Assembly (NCBI GenBank): GCA_027036495.1
Contig: JALWFJ010000069.1
Location: 72,669-104,668, forward strand
Length of the DNA stretch: 32,000 nucleotides
DNA from: Thermoproteales archaeon
GTDB taxonomy: Archaea; Thermoproteota; Thermoprotei; Thermoproteales; Thermocladiaceae
Reading direction: 5' to 3'
Shown here: positions 24,498-32,000 of the stretch, in pieces
Layout: every line of letters starts with the position of its first letter
How positions within the stretch are numbered: position 1 is the stretch's first letter
The notes under the pieces: generated by a model
Seen by the model: the letters and a program-made list of their open reading frames with translations, nothing else
Told to the model about the DNA's origin: nothing
Database searches by the model: none
Translations under genes and position numbers: made by a program

Positions 24498-25262
24498 ATG
24501 AGATTTAAATTCTTCAGAGACAGAAGTCTAGACTTCTGTGAAAATGTTGCACATGAGATACGCTCAGATCTAAGCTATGTGTATAAGTACATTATATGCA
24601 AAGTTGTAGAATCCGCAAGAGTATGCTACGAGAATAACTTGAGGTGTGTAGATGTTCCTGTCCTGTCCACTTACCTTCTTAAGAGAGAGCTCGGGCTTGA
24701 CTACAGGAGCGTGAGGAAGATATGGCGTCTCCTTAGTAAGACTCTCCGTGGAAACAGTAAGCTAAGGGTTTTCGAGACTGAAAGCTTCTACCTTGACCTA
24801 TTATTCAGCTTCAGAAAAGGCCCTGTCTATGTTGATAAGGAGCTTAACGTGCTTATAGGGGAGGCTGATGCTGAGAACATGTCTGAGTGTATACTCATAC
24901 CTAAGTCATTATTACTGTACATCGATGTTGAGGCCCAAACGTTAGATAACATTTACGTCAAGGCTAATCTAGTATACCTCTTCAAGAAGCTCTATGAGCT
25001 AGGTCTGAGTGACCTAGCAGTAGACCTAGCTAAGCTGTCACTGACACTGCTGGAGTGCATAGTCTTCAAGAGGGATCTCACTAGAAGCGTGCTAGCACAG
25101 ACAGTTAGAGTCGCATCCGAGTTAGCAACACTAAGTGGGCTTCTCAGGGACTTCACGCAGCTTGACCAGTTCACGCCACTAAACATAATAGTGCACGTGC
25201 CGTATCTGAGAAGGGTTGCAAGTAAGGTCTTATCGTCTATTGCCAGCTGGTTTTCTCGTTAA
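24498..25262 (+). CDS. Hypothetical protein, predicted all-helical, no recognised family
   Basis: The product is 254 aa from ATG 24498 (the track start at 24477 is a TTG). An ATTTAAAG TATA-like element lies at about 24449-24456. Composition is coding-like, and I see no motif I can place. Confidence 0.45.
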   Translation: MRFKFFRDRSLDFCENVAHEIRSDLSYVYKYIICKVVESARVCYENNLRCVDVPVLSTYLLKRELGLDYRSVRKIWRLLSKTLRGNSKLRVFETESFYLDLLFSFRKGPVYVDKELNVLIGEADAENMSECILIPKSLLLYIDVEAQTLDNIYVKANLVYLFKKLYELGLSDLAVDLAKLSLTLLECIVFKRDLTRSVLAQTVRVASELATLSGLLRDFTQLDQFTPLNIIVHVPYLRRVASKVLSSIASWFSR

Positions 25263-25377
25263 TCAACGTAAATCTACACCTACATAAGTAACGGCTAGGA
25301 ATATTCAGGATCGTCGTAATATGCGTGAAATCTAGGCTTAACTTCACCCCGATCAATAATTTAAATCAGGTGAGAAG

Positions 25378-26868
25378 ATGAAGAGCAAGCTTGGGTTAGC
25401 TGGAGTACTTGCACTATTTCGGGTAGGACTAAGTAATCCTCCTGTACGTCTACTGCTAAAAGCGTTCTTCAAGGAGGTTGAGGTTGATGGAAGCAGGAGG
25501 CCACTGATCGATGTCGCACTTGCATACTTTGCGGGAGTCATAGACACAGCATCGTTATCACCAGCTACTCGCTTCTTTAGTGCACTATTCTCGGCCTACA
25601 TGAAGCTGTCCCTGGCACTGTTAAACACGGATGACAAGTTCGCCAAGGAAATGCTTGCTGATCCTGCAGTGAGGAGAGGGGTAATGCTGGTGTTTAAGTC
25701 CATTGCAGAGTATGGTCTAACACTACCACCAAAGCTGTATGCTCCATTCTTTGTGGTGTGGAATTTCACGAATCTATGCAATCTCAGGTGTATTCACTGC
25801 TACCAGAGGAGCACTGGTGAGGCTCTCTCAAACGAGCTCACATATGCAGAGAAGATGATGTTGGTCAAAGAGCTAGACGAGATGTTCGTCTGTGGGCTAG
25901 CTCTAAGTGGAGGTGAGCCAACGATACATCCTCACTTTATTGACGTACTTACGGAGATCTCTAGAAGAGGAATGTACCCTGCAATAGCCACGAACGGTAT
26001 CTCGCTTGCTGACCCGCACTTTGTGAGTAAGCTGAAGAAGATTGGGCTTAGATATGCCGAGATAAGTCTTGATCACTCGAAGCCAGAAGTTCACGATAAG
26101 TTTAGAGGTGTACCAAATGCGTGGGAAAAGGCGGTTAGAGGAATAAAGAACTGCGTGCGAGAAGGAATATTCACTGCGATAGCAACAACGGTGACTAAGC
26201 TCAATCTAGATGACGTGGAGAACATGATTCAGCTTGCAGAAGATCTCGGAGTTCGCAGAATAGTGTTTTTCAACTTCATACCTGTAGGACGCGGATACGA
26301 TAACTACAAGATTGATCTCACACCAGAGGAGCGTGAAGAGTTTCTGAGAATTCTAGCCAGAGAGTCAAAACGTAGAAAGATAGAGATAGTGACGACAGCG
26401 CCACAATATGGCAGAGTAGTGCTACAGGAGACGTCTGGAGAGCTAGTATCACCTACGCACTTCACACCTGCACTGAAGCTGGGAGTATACAAGGCAGCCG
26501 TCGAGTTCATAGGTGGGTGTGGTGCTGGCAGAGTGTACTTTGCGATAGAGCCTGAAGGAACAATAACTCCCTGTGTTTTCATGCCGATAGCCGTAGGTAA
26601 TGCACGTAAAGACGACATACACGACATATGGATCAACAACGAGCTCTTCAACAAGCTCAGAGATAGAACAAACCTGAAAGGTATATGCAGAGTCTGCAAG
26701 TACAGGAACATGTGTGGTGGGTGCAGAGCAAGAGCTCTATCCTACTACGGTGACCCTCTCATGCCCGACCCCGGCTGCATCTACTGTAGAAACGAGTACT
26801 ACAGACTGATAGCTAGAGGACCACGACTAAGGGAGGCAGCGTACACGCTAGTCAGGTGGAAATCTTAG
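25378..26868 (+). CDS. Radical SAM enzyme with C-terminal SPASM-type auxiliary cluster domain and ~125-aa helical N-terminal extension
   Basis: The 496-aa ORF has the CX3CX2C motif CNLRCIHCY, a GGEP motif (LSGGEPTIH), and a C-terminal Cys-rich region (GGCGAG...TPCVF...CRVCKYRNMCGGCRARA...PGCIYC). Its size and architecture are compatible with tetraether lipid synthase (Tes/GDGT-MAS), but that is a hypothesis. Confidence 0.75.
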   Translation: MKSKLGLAGVLALFRVGLSNPPVRLLLKAFFKEVEVDGSRRPLIDVALAYFAGVIDTASLSPATRFFSALFSAYMKLSLALLNTDDKFAKEMLADPAVRRGVMLVFKSIAEYGLTLPPKLYAPFFVVWNFTNLCNLRCIHCYQRSTGEALSNELTYAEKMMLVKELDEMFVCGLALSGGEPTIHPHFIDVLTEISRRGMYPAIATNGISLADPHFVSKLKKIGLRYAEISLDHSKPEVHDKFRGVPNAWEKAVRGIKNCVREGIFTAIATTVTKLNLDDVENMIQLAEDLGVRRIVFFNFIPVGRGYDNYKIDLTPEEREEFLRILARESKRRKIEIVTTAPQYGRVVLQETSGELVSPTHFTPALKLGVYKAAVEFIGGCGAGRVYFAIEPEGTITPCVFMPIAVGNARKDDIHDIWINNELFNKLRDRTNLKGICRVCKYRNMCGGCRARALSYYGDPLMPDPGCIYCRNEYYRLIARGPRLREAAYTLVRWKS

Positions 26869-26898
26869 ATCAGTCTTGCTCACTCATTAACAACTTGC

Positions 26899-26906
26899 TT
26901 TATAAT
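26899..26906 (+). promoter_or_regulatory. TATA box (TTTATAAT) for the MetE N-domain-like gene
   Basis: The box lies about 35 nt upstream of ATG 26937. This supports the internal start over the track start at 26856, which overlaps the preceding gene. Confidence 0.45.
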
Positions 26907-26936
26907 GAGACCCCTGGGAGTTGTATTCAGAAACTC

Positions 26937-27923
26937 ATGTCGGAGTTCGAGGTGTACGTGCTCGGTGCTTATCCTAGAAGTGCACAGATAAGAAAGGCAG
27001 TAAGAGACTATGATGAGGGTAAGCTAACAGACCTCGAGTTTCAGGTAGTACTTCAGAGAGAGGTGGCGTATCTCTGCGGTATTCAGAGAGGAGCGGGACT
27101 GACGGCTATACAGGATCCACTGCTAGAGGTGCAGGATATATTTAGGCCCTTCATTGAGTCTTGGAGAAACGTATCGGTTGACGGCTTGCTAAGATACTTT
27201 GACAATAACTTCTTTTACAGAGTACCTGTATTCTCTGACAGGCCAGACATTCAGAGAATGGTCTTAACTCGAAGAGCACGTTCTCTTAGACAGATAGTTC
27301 CTGACTATAGGATAAAGATGATTGTTCCAGGACCAGTAACCTTCAGCTACCTGTCTAGAACAGACATTGATAAGAGAGAACTTGCACATGAAATAACTAG
27401 GATATACACCATCGAGTTAGAGAATGCTAGCAGTTACAGAATTGACATTCTTCAAGTTGATGAGCCATTCCTACTAGACATAGATGCAGCTCCGGAGCAT
27501 TACGACCTTGCTAGTGAGTGTCTCAGAGAGCTAAAACGTGTGTTTAATGGGAAGCTCGTACTTGCTCTCTACTTCGGACTACCTAGAGGTGAGTGCGTAA
27601 AGAAGCTTAATGATCTGCCTGTTGAGTACGTATCTCTGAGTCTGGTCGAGTATCCTGAAAGGTGGCTTAGCATACTGAGAGCTACGGACATAGGTGACAA
27701 GAAGGTGATAGTAGGAGTAGTCGATGGGAGAGACATAAGGATAGAAACCTATGATGAGGTCAAGAGGCTAGTGAGCAAGTTATGTGAAGTCATCGGCAAG
27801 GAGAGGATTGGAGGTGTAACAACATCCACATGGCTAGACATGATACCACTAAGCTATGCTATCTCAAAGACCATAATCCTTGGCCAATACGGCTTAAGAC
27901 TAAGAGAAGAGCTACACAGGTAG
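26937..27923 (+). CDS. MetE N-terminal-domain-like protein (non-catalytic half of split cobalamin-independent methionine synthase)
   Basis: The product is 328 aa from MSEFEVYVLGAYPRS. It is a paralog of the next gene, with the same (beta/alpha)8 layout and VDEPFLL in place of IDEPAL. It lacks the zinc ligands, with ALYFG for HICFG and TSTWLD for DPDCGL. Confidence 0.7.
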   Translation: MSEFEVYVLGAYPRSAQIRKAVRDYDEGKLTDLEFQVVLQREVAYLCGIQRGAGLTAIQDPLLEVQDIFRPFIESWRNVSVDGLLRYFDNNFFYRVPVFSDRPDIQRMVLTRRARSLRQIVPDYRIKMIVPGPVTFSYLSRTDIDKRELAHEITRIYTIELENASSYRIDILQVDEPFLLDIDAAPEHYDLASECLRELKRVFNGKLVLALYFGLPRGECVKKLNDLPVEYVSLSLVEYPERWLSILRATDIGDKKVIVGVVDGRDIRIETYDEVKRLVSKLCEVIGKERIGGVTTSTWLDMIPLSYAISKTIILGQYGLRLREELHR

Positions 27924-27933
27924 TTGAACAGCG

Positions 27934-28938
27934 ATGACAAGTTACACCTTACCTAAAGCTTTCATAACCACGGTAGTGGGAAGCTACCCTAAGTTTCCAG
28001 AAGCCAAAGATGCGCTCGAGAGAAGAAAACGCAATGAGATAAGTGAGGAAGAGTTCAGAAAAGCATGCAGAGTAGCTATAGAGAAGGTAGTTAGGGACTA
28101 CCTTGACGCTGGAATTGACCTGATAAGTGACGGGGAGCAGACCAGGGAGGACATGGTTGTGTTCTTTGCTGAGAGACTCAAGGGATTCGAGATTGGGGAC
28201 TGGGTCAGAATATTCGACAACATGTACTTCAGGAAGCCAGTAGTTAAGGACAAGATAGAGTTTGTGAGCCCCATGGCAGTTGAGGACTGGGAATATGCTC
28301 AGAGCATAAGTCAGGGAAGACCTGTTAAGTTCATAATCACGGGACCTTACACGATACTTGACTGGAGCTTCAACCTGTACTACAAATCGAGAGAGGACCT
28401 TATAATGGATCTTGCACGAGCTCTAAGAAAGGAGATAGAGGAGGCAGTGAGGAGGGGGGCAAAGTTTGTCCAGATAGATGAGCCAGCTCTCTCAACTAGA
28501 CCCTACCCAGAGGAGGCTCAACTTCTCAGAGATGCCTTGAGGGAGATGTTGCATGGTCTAGACTGTAAGAAGATTTTGCACATATGTTTTGGCAGGCTTG
28601 AGAAGATAATTCCTCATCTCCTCGAGTATCCTGTAGACCAGCTTGACCTCGAGTTTAAGAACAGCAACTTCAGACTCCTACCCTTCCTGAAGGAGTACGG
28701 ATACAACAAGGAGCTTGGGTACGGTGTTGTTGATGTTCACTCATTGAGAGTTGAAACAGTCAAGGAGATAAAAGACGCAGTTTACATGTTGCTAAAACTT
28801 GACATCATCGGCCCAGAGAAGATATACCTAGACCCTGACTGTGGTCTTAAGAGACTTCCTAGAGAAATAGCAATCGAGAAGTTGAGAAACATAGTTAGAG
28901 CGGCAAAGGAGCTGAGAAAGGAGTACGGATACGAATAA
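27934..28938 (+). CDS. metE: Methionine synthase, cobalamin-independent, catalytic (MetE C-terminal domain type)
   Basis: The 334-aa ORF has [19 protein letters not shown] and QIDEPAL. Its zinc ligands are in HICFG and DPDCGLK. Confidence 0.85.
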   Translation: MTSYTLPKAFITTVVGSYPKFPEAKDALERRKRNEISEEEFRKACRVAIEKVVRDYLDAGIDLISDGEQTREDMVVFFAERLKGFEIGDWVRIFDNMYFRKPVVKDKIEFVSPMAVEDWEYAQSISQGRPVKFIITGPYTILDWSFNLYYKSREDLIMDLARALRKEIEEAVRRGAKFVQIDEPALSTRPYPEEAQLLRDALREMLHGLDCKKILHICFGRLEKIIPHLLEYPVDQLDLEFKNSNFRLLPFLKEYGYNKELGYGVVDVHSLRVETVKEIKDAVYMLLKLDIIGPEKIYLDPDCGLKRLPREIAIEKLRNIVRAAKELRKEYGYE

Positions 28939-28944
28939 CCTCCC

Positions 28945-28951
28945 TTTTATT
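28945..28951 (+). terminator. Oligo-T tract (TTTTATT), candidate archaeal terminator after metE
   Basis: The T-run starts 7 nt after the metE stop codon, and a second one (ctctttttac) lies about 45 nt further downstream. Confidence 0.35.
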
Positions 28952-29051
28952 AATAGGTACAGGCTACGTATCTTTCCAAGAATAGTCTCTTTTTACTTGT
29001 TCTAGAGACGTTAAGCAATTATGTAGAAAGAAGCTGGGAGATATAGCCCTT

Positions 29052-29426
29052 TTACGCTCCGTACTCCTCTTCTTCGAGCTCTATCTCCTCTAGGGCTCTT
29101 CTTAGGTACTCCTCTACAAGCTCTATTGGTGTTCCCTCCTCTACTAACAATACCTGTACGTTGTTTGACAGTAAGTAGTAGTATGAGTATCTTGTGCACA
29201 TCGATGCTATGACTACGTTTACGTCATTGAGCACTCTCTCTAGAAGTAGCTTGCAGGCATTCTCCTCATCCTCGCTTTTTGTTCCTATCATGTTCTCTCT
29301 GACGTCTTCTGAGACTAATTGCTTTCCTTCCACGTCCAGTGTATATATCTTGAACTTGCTTGCCTCAGTTAATGGCTTATCTGACACTGTCTTTTCGTCC
29401 TCAGTTGCTATGGCTATCTTTATCAT
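29052..29426 (-). CDS. NifX/NifB-C-terminal-like (dinitrogenase FeMo-cofactor-binding family fold) small protein
   Basis: The 124-aa ORF follows the pattern MIKIAIATED..V......F.IY.....G......REN....(acidic loop)..L.....DVNVVIAS......L....V.V.LVEEGT..E.VEEYL, which matches that family's layout. It has an acidic C-terminal tail. The assignment is from pattern memory. Confidence 0.4.
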   Translation of the reverse strand: MIKIAIATEDEKTVSDKPLTEASKFKIYTLDVEGKQLVSEDVRENMIGTKSEDEENACKLLLERVLNDVNVVIASMCTRYSYYYLLSNNVQVLLVEEGTPIELVEEYLRRALEEIELEEEEYGA

Positions 29427-29529
29427 GTGCCTCTTCTATGCTAAGTTTCTTAAGTATGTCATTAAGAAAGTACATTTATATACGTTACCTAATCTGTGCT
29501 GAGAGAAATGCCGAAAGTAAGCAATTAAT

Positions 29530-30273
29530 ATGCCGGTTAGCTATGAGCCTTCTAAGCAGACTGTGAAGCTTGCTGAGCTAACTACGCTTGACTTTGTTCC
29601 TAACAGGGTAGTGTTGATACCTATTGGTAGCATAGAACAGCATGGTCCTCATCTACCCTATGCTACAGACACGATAATTGCAGAGTATGTATGTAACGTG
29701 GCCGAGAAAGTCTTGGGAGACAATGTGCTAGTAATGCCGCCAATATATTATTCCTGCTCTATGGAGCACAGAGACTTTCCTGGAACGGTCTTTGTTAGTC
29801 CTAGGACGTTCCTATCCTACGTGCAGGATCTTGTGGAGTCAGTAATAGAGACCTGTAACCCAAGAGCGGTGTTTCTGGTAAATGCGCATGCGGGAAACTG
29901 CGAGATACTTGATCTAGTGTCAAGAGTGCTTAACTATAAGCACACCATAAAGACCTACCACTACTACATCTTTAACGAGCGTGTTAAGCTCAAGCTCAGG
30001 GAGCTGTTCCCGGACACGCTGATTGACCACGCTGGAGTGATAGAGACATCCATAATAGCAGCAATAGACGAGTCCTTAATGAAGTTTGAGAGAATAGTTG
30101 ACGTTGTTAGAGAGGGTTCTCTCAGGCTCTATCGTACAAAGGAGATCTCTGACATAGGGGTTGTGGGTAGACTTACAAGAAACATAGATATAGAGAAAGG
30201 TAAGCATCTACTAGAGATAATAGTAAACGACCTTCTTGCACAGATCGAAAGGGCTATGCAGAGGAGAGACTAG
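29530..30273 (+). CDS. Creatininase-family amidohydrolase (ArfB-like)
   Basis: The 247-aa ORF has PIGSIEQHGPHLPYATDT, NAHAGN and DHAGVIETS, the metal-binding signature of the creatininase family. In archaea this family includes the riboflavin/F420-pathway formamide hydrolase ArfB. Confidence 0.75.
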   Translation: MPVSYEPSKQTVKLAELTTLDFVPNRVVLIPIGSIEQHGPHLPYATDTIIAEYVCNVAEKVLGDNVLVMPPIYYSCSMEHRDFPGTVFVSPRTFLSYVQDLVESVIETCNPRAVFLVNAHAGNCEILDLVSRVLNYKHTIKTYHYYIFNERVKLKLRELFPDTLIDHAGVIETSIIAAIDESLMKFERIVDVVREGSLRLYRTKEISDIGVVGRLTRNIDIEKGKHLLEIIVNDLLAQIERAMQRRD

Positions 30274-30274
30274 G

Positions 30275-31294
30275 CTAGATGACGTGATCTGCTGCTGCAA
30301 GCACTCTGTCCGTGATGGCTAGACCGAGACCCCACTTAGGTGGACACTCAATTATCACTAAGTCGAATCTCAGCTTGTCTATGTATCTGAATACCTTATA
30401 TATAAATCCTGGATAGACATCCTCTAGAGTCCTCGATCCATACACGATGAGTGAGGTCTTCTTAGGTAAGTGTTCTCTATGAAGATTAACAAACAGCTCT
30501 CGCGACACAACGAGAAGTGTTTTTAAGTCGTTTCTCTCGGCTTCGGTAAGTTTCTCTCTTATTTTCTTGAGGATTTCGGTCAGCGTTCCTGGAGAAATTG
30601 CAATTATTGAGGTGTTTGATGACACGTACTTTCTCTTTTCTAGTACTTTCTGAAGGTGTGTGGGTAATCTCAGAGTAACTCCAAGCTCCGAGAGCTTCTC
30701 TACTGTCAGTGCTCCTGGTCGTAGTAGTAGTGGTGGTGTCTCCGTGAAGTCCACTACCGTCGAGTCAATACCGATCTCAGAGGTCCCTGCATCAATGACA
30801 AGGTCAACAAGATCCTCAAGATCCTCAAGCACATCCTGCACATCCACGGGACTTGGCCTATCGTGCTTGTTAGCACTTGGCATGAGACAGGGACCACTCC
30901 TTCTTAGAACCTCGAGCGTCAGAGGGTGTCTAGGAATCCTGAATCCAGCCTTACCCGACATAGATCTAGAGCCTCTCGCTATACTTTGCTCTGCATGTAG
31001 CACCGCAGTAAGTGGTCCGGGCCATAACTGCTCAAGCAAGGTCTCTACATCATTGCTTACTCTAGCTAAGCTACATACCTCCTCTAGCGAAGAGACATGA
31101 ATAGTGAAGGGACTCTCTCTGAGCCCCTTAACCTCTAGAAGCCTCCTAGCTGCATGCTCTGAACACGCCCTAGCAGCTAATCCGTATACTGTCTCTGTTG
31201 GCAAAACAACAAGTCTATCTTCATTAAGATACCTAGACGCTAGGTCTATAATGAAGCTAGGGGCATAATCTCTAGCTCTGATTATTATCGTCAT
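30275..31294 (-). CDS. sua5: L-threonylcarbamoyladenylate synthase Sua5 (YrdC domain plus Sua5 C-terminal domain)
   Basis: The 339-aa ORF has VVLPTETVYGLAARA, SANKHDRPSP and the LRPG motif (LLLRPGALT), followed by a ~120-aa C-terminal Rossmann-like domain. Confidence 0.85.
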   Translation of the reverse strand: MTIIIRARDYAPSFIIDLASRYLNEDRLVVLPTETVYGLAARACSEHAARRLLEVKGLRESPFTIHVSSLEEVCSLARVSNDVETLLEQLWPGPLTAVLHAEQSIARGSRSMSGKAGFRIPRHPLTLEVLRRSGPCLMPSANKHDRPSPVDVQDVLEDLEDLVDLVIDAGTSEIGIDSTVVDFTETPPLLLRPGALTVEKLSELGVTLRLPTHLQKVLEKRKYVSSNTSIIAISPGTLTEILKKIREKLTEAERNDLKTLLVVSRELFVNLHREHLPKKTSLIVYGSRTLEDVYPGFIYKVFRYIDKLRFDLVIIECPPKWGLGLAITDRVLAAADHVI

Positions 31295-32000
31295 ACTATC
31301 TTTGCTTGACTTAGTACTCTCTTAAGCTGCGCACGGAGCACTTCTGCAGCTGCTGGATGCATTATCTGTCTGAGACAGCTAATGAGCTCCTCAGGACTGT
31401 CAGTGGTTAAGACTGGGCTTATCTCGTTTAGCTTACGTAGATCTTCTCTTATGTGCCAATTCCCTACTCCAACATAGTACTCTGGAAGTATCTCTCTCAC
31501 TATGATGACCCTTGCCTGAGCCCCAATCTTGAGGAGAGCCTCTAGAAGCCCCATCCTACCTGCCTCAAATCCTCCATCTATGGTCTCAACTTCTCCCCTT
31601 AGATCCTCCTCAATTACTGTAGATACTACAGGTCTTTCTGAGAGTCCAGCTCTAGAGTACCAGAACTCTATCCACGTTACTCTCAGTGAGTCAGGTATCA
31701 GCACCACAGTAAATCTATTACCTAAATAAGCCGCCTGATATAGGTAGAACTTGTCTATTATCTTGAGCTTTCTAACCTGTGTTCTGAGGTAACTACTTAT
31801 TATCTTGTCGACCGCAGTTATTGCCCACCTAGTTGGCACCAGTCTCCTTCTTTTTCTCTCGCCTAGCAGGCCGAAGCTGAATGCTCTCTGTATGGTGTAT
31901 ATGTCGAGACCGGAGGTGTAGAGAAGAACAACGGCTTCTCGAGCCTTAACGTCATCGTAGATCAGTTTGTCGAGAGTTCTAGGAACATGCGGGTTAGATG
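31291..32000 (-). CDS. Nre-family (archaeal DNA-repair-associated, DUF650/651-like) protein, C-terminal part; gene continues beyond the right edge
   Basis: The frame stays open from 31839 to the window edge. My translation upstream of the track start is ...SNPHVPRTLDKLIYDDVKAREAVVLLYTSGLDIYTIQRAFSFGLLGERKRRRLVPTRWAITAVDK. The stop overlaps the sua5 start in an ATGA. The family call is from memory of the LVPTRWxIT and GNWxxRE motifs. Confidence 0.45.
   Translation of the reverse strand, partial: SNPHVPRTLDKLIYDDVKAREAVVLLYTSGLDIYTIQRAFSFGLLGERKRRRLVPTRWAITAVDKIISSYLRTQVRKLKIIDKFYLYQAAYLGNRFTVVLIPDSLRVTWIEFWYSRAGLSERPVVSTVIEEDLRGEVETIDGGFEAGRMGLLEALLKIGAQARVIIVREILPEYYVGVGNWHIREDLRKLNEISPVLTTDSPEELISCLRQIMHPAAAEVLRAQLKRVLSQAKIV

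Noticed and set aside
25378-30273. A radical SAM/SPASM enzyme and a creatininase-family protein lie within 3 kb of each other. This recalls MftC/MftE of mycofactocin-type RiPP clusters.
   Set aside because: The two genes are separated by the housekeeping split metE pair and a NifX-like gene on the other strand. I found no small precursor-peptide ORF, RRE-only protein or glycosyltransferase. The creatininase homolog is more simply explained as ArfB-like.

Overview
The window looks like core chromosome from a hyperthermophilic crenarchaeon, probably Thermoproteales-like. It is about 45% GC, coding strands are purine-rich, and most genes appear leaderless with an A/T-rich TATA element 25-35 nt upstream of the start codon. 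I saw no mobile elements, CRISPR arrays or recognisable defence genes. Protein genes include a partial coiled-coil gene, an HTH regulator, a HAD hydrolase, r-protein L13e, two small membrane proteins, a HIT protein, TFB and RFC small subunit. A purine cluster follows (purS, purD, a degenerate purF paralog, purF, an unknown gene, purM). After it come thiI, a tRNA-binding protein and a cupin. A five-gene crenactin/arcadin (arcade) cytoskeleton operon is transcribed divergently from Alba. The rest is an AbrB-like protein, Rpo6, thermosome, signal peptidase, an Ard1-type acetyltransferase, an orphan protein and a radical SAM/SPASM enzyme, followed by split MetE, a NifX-like protein, a creatininase-family protein, Sua5 and a partial Nre-like gene. 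Reading the intergenic DNA by eye, I found RNA genes the ORF track cannot show. These are four canonical C/D box sRNAs (two flank tRNA-Gly(GCC)) and a GC-rich hairpin with a textbook K-turn that may be an H/ACA-like guide. The most system-like region is the arcade operon, which is already described but mechanistically obscure. It contains an unlisted 58-codon GTG-start gene and a Rad50-type CxxC hook in its SMC-like ATPase. I found no clearly novel multi-gene system. The more speculative leads are marked as such.
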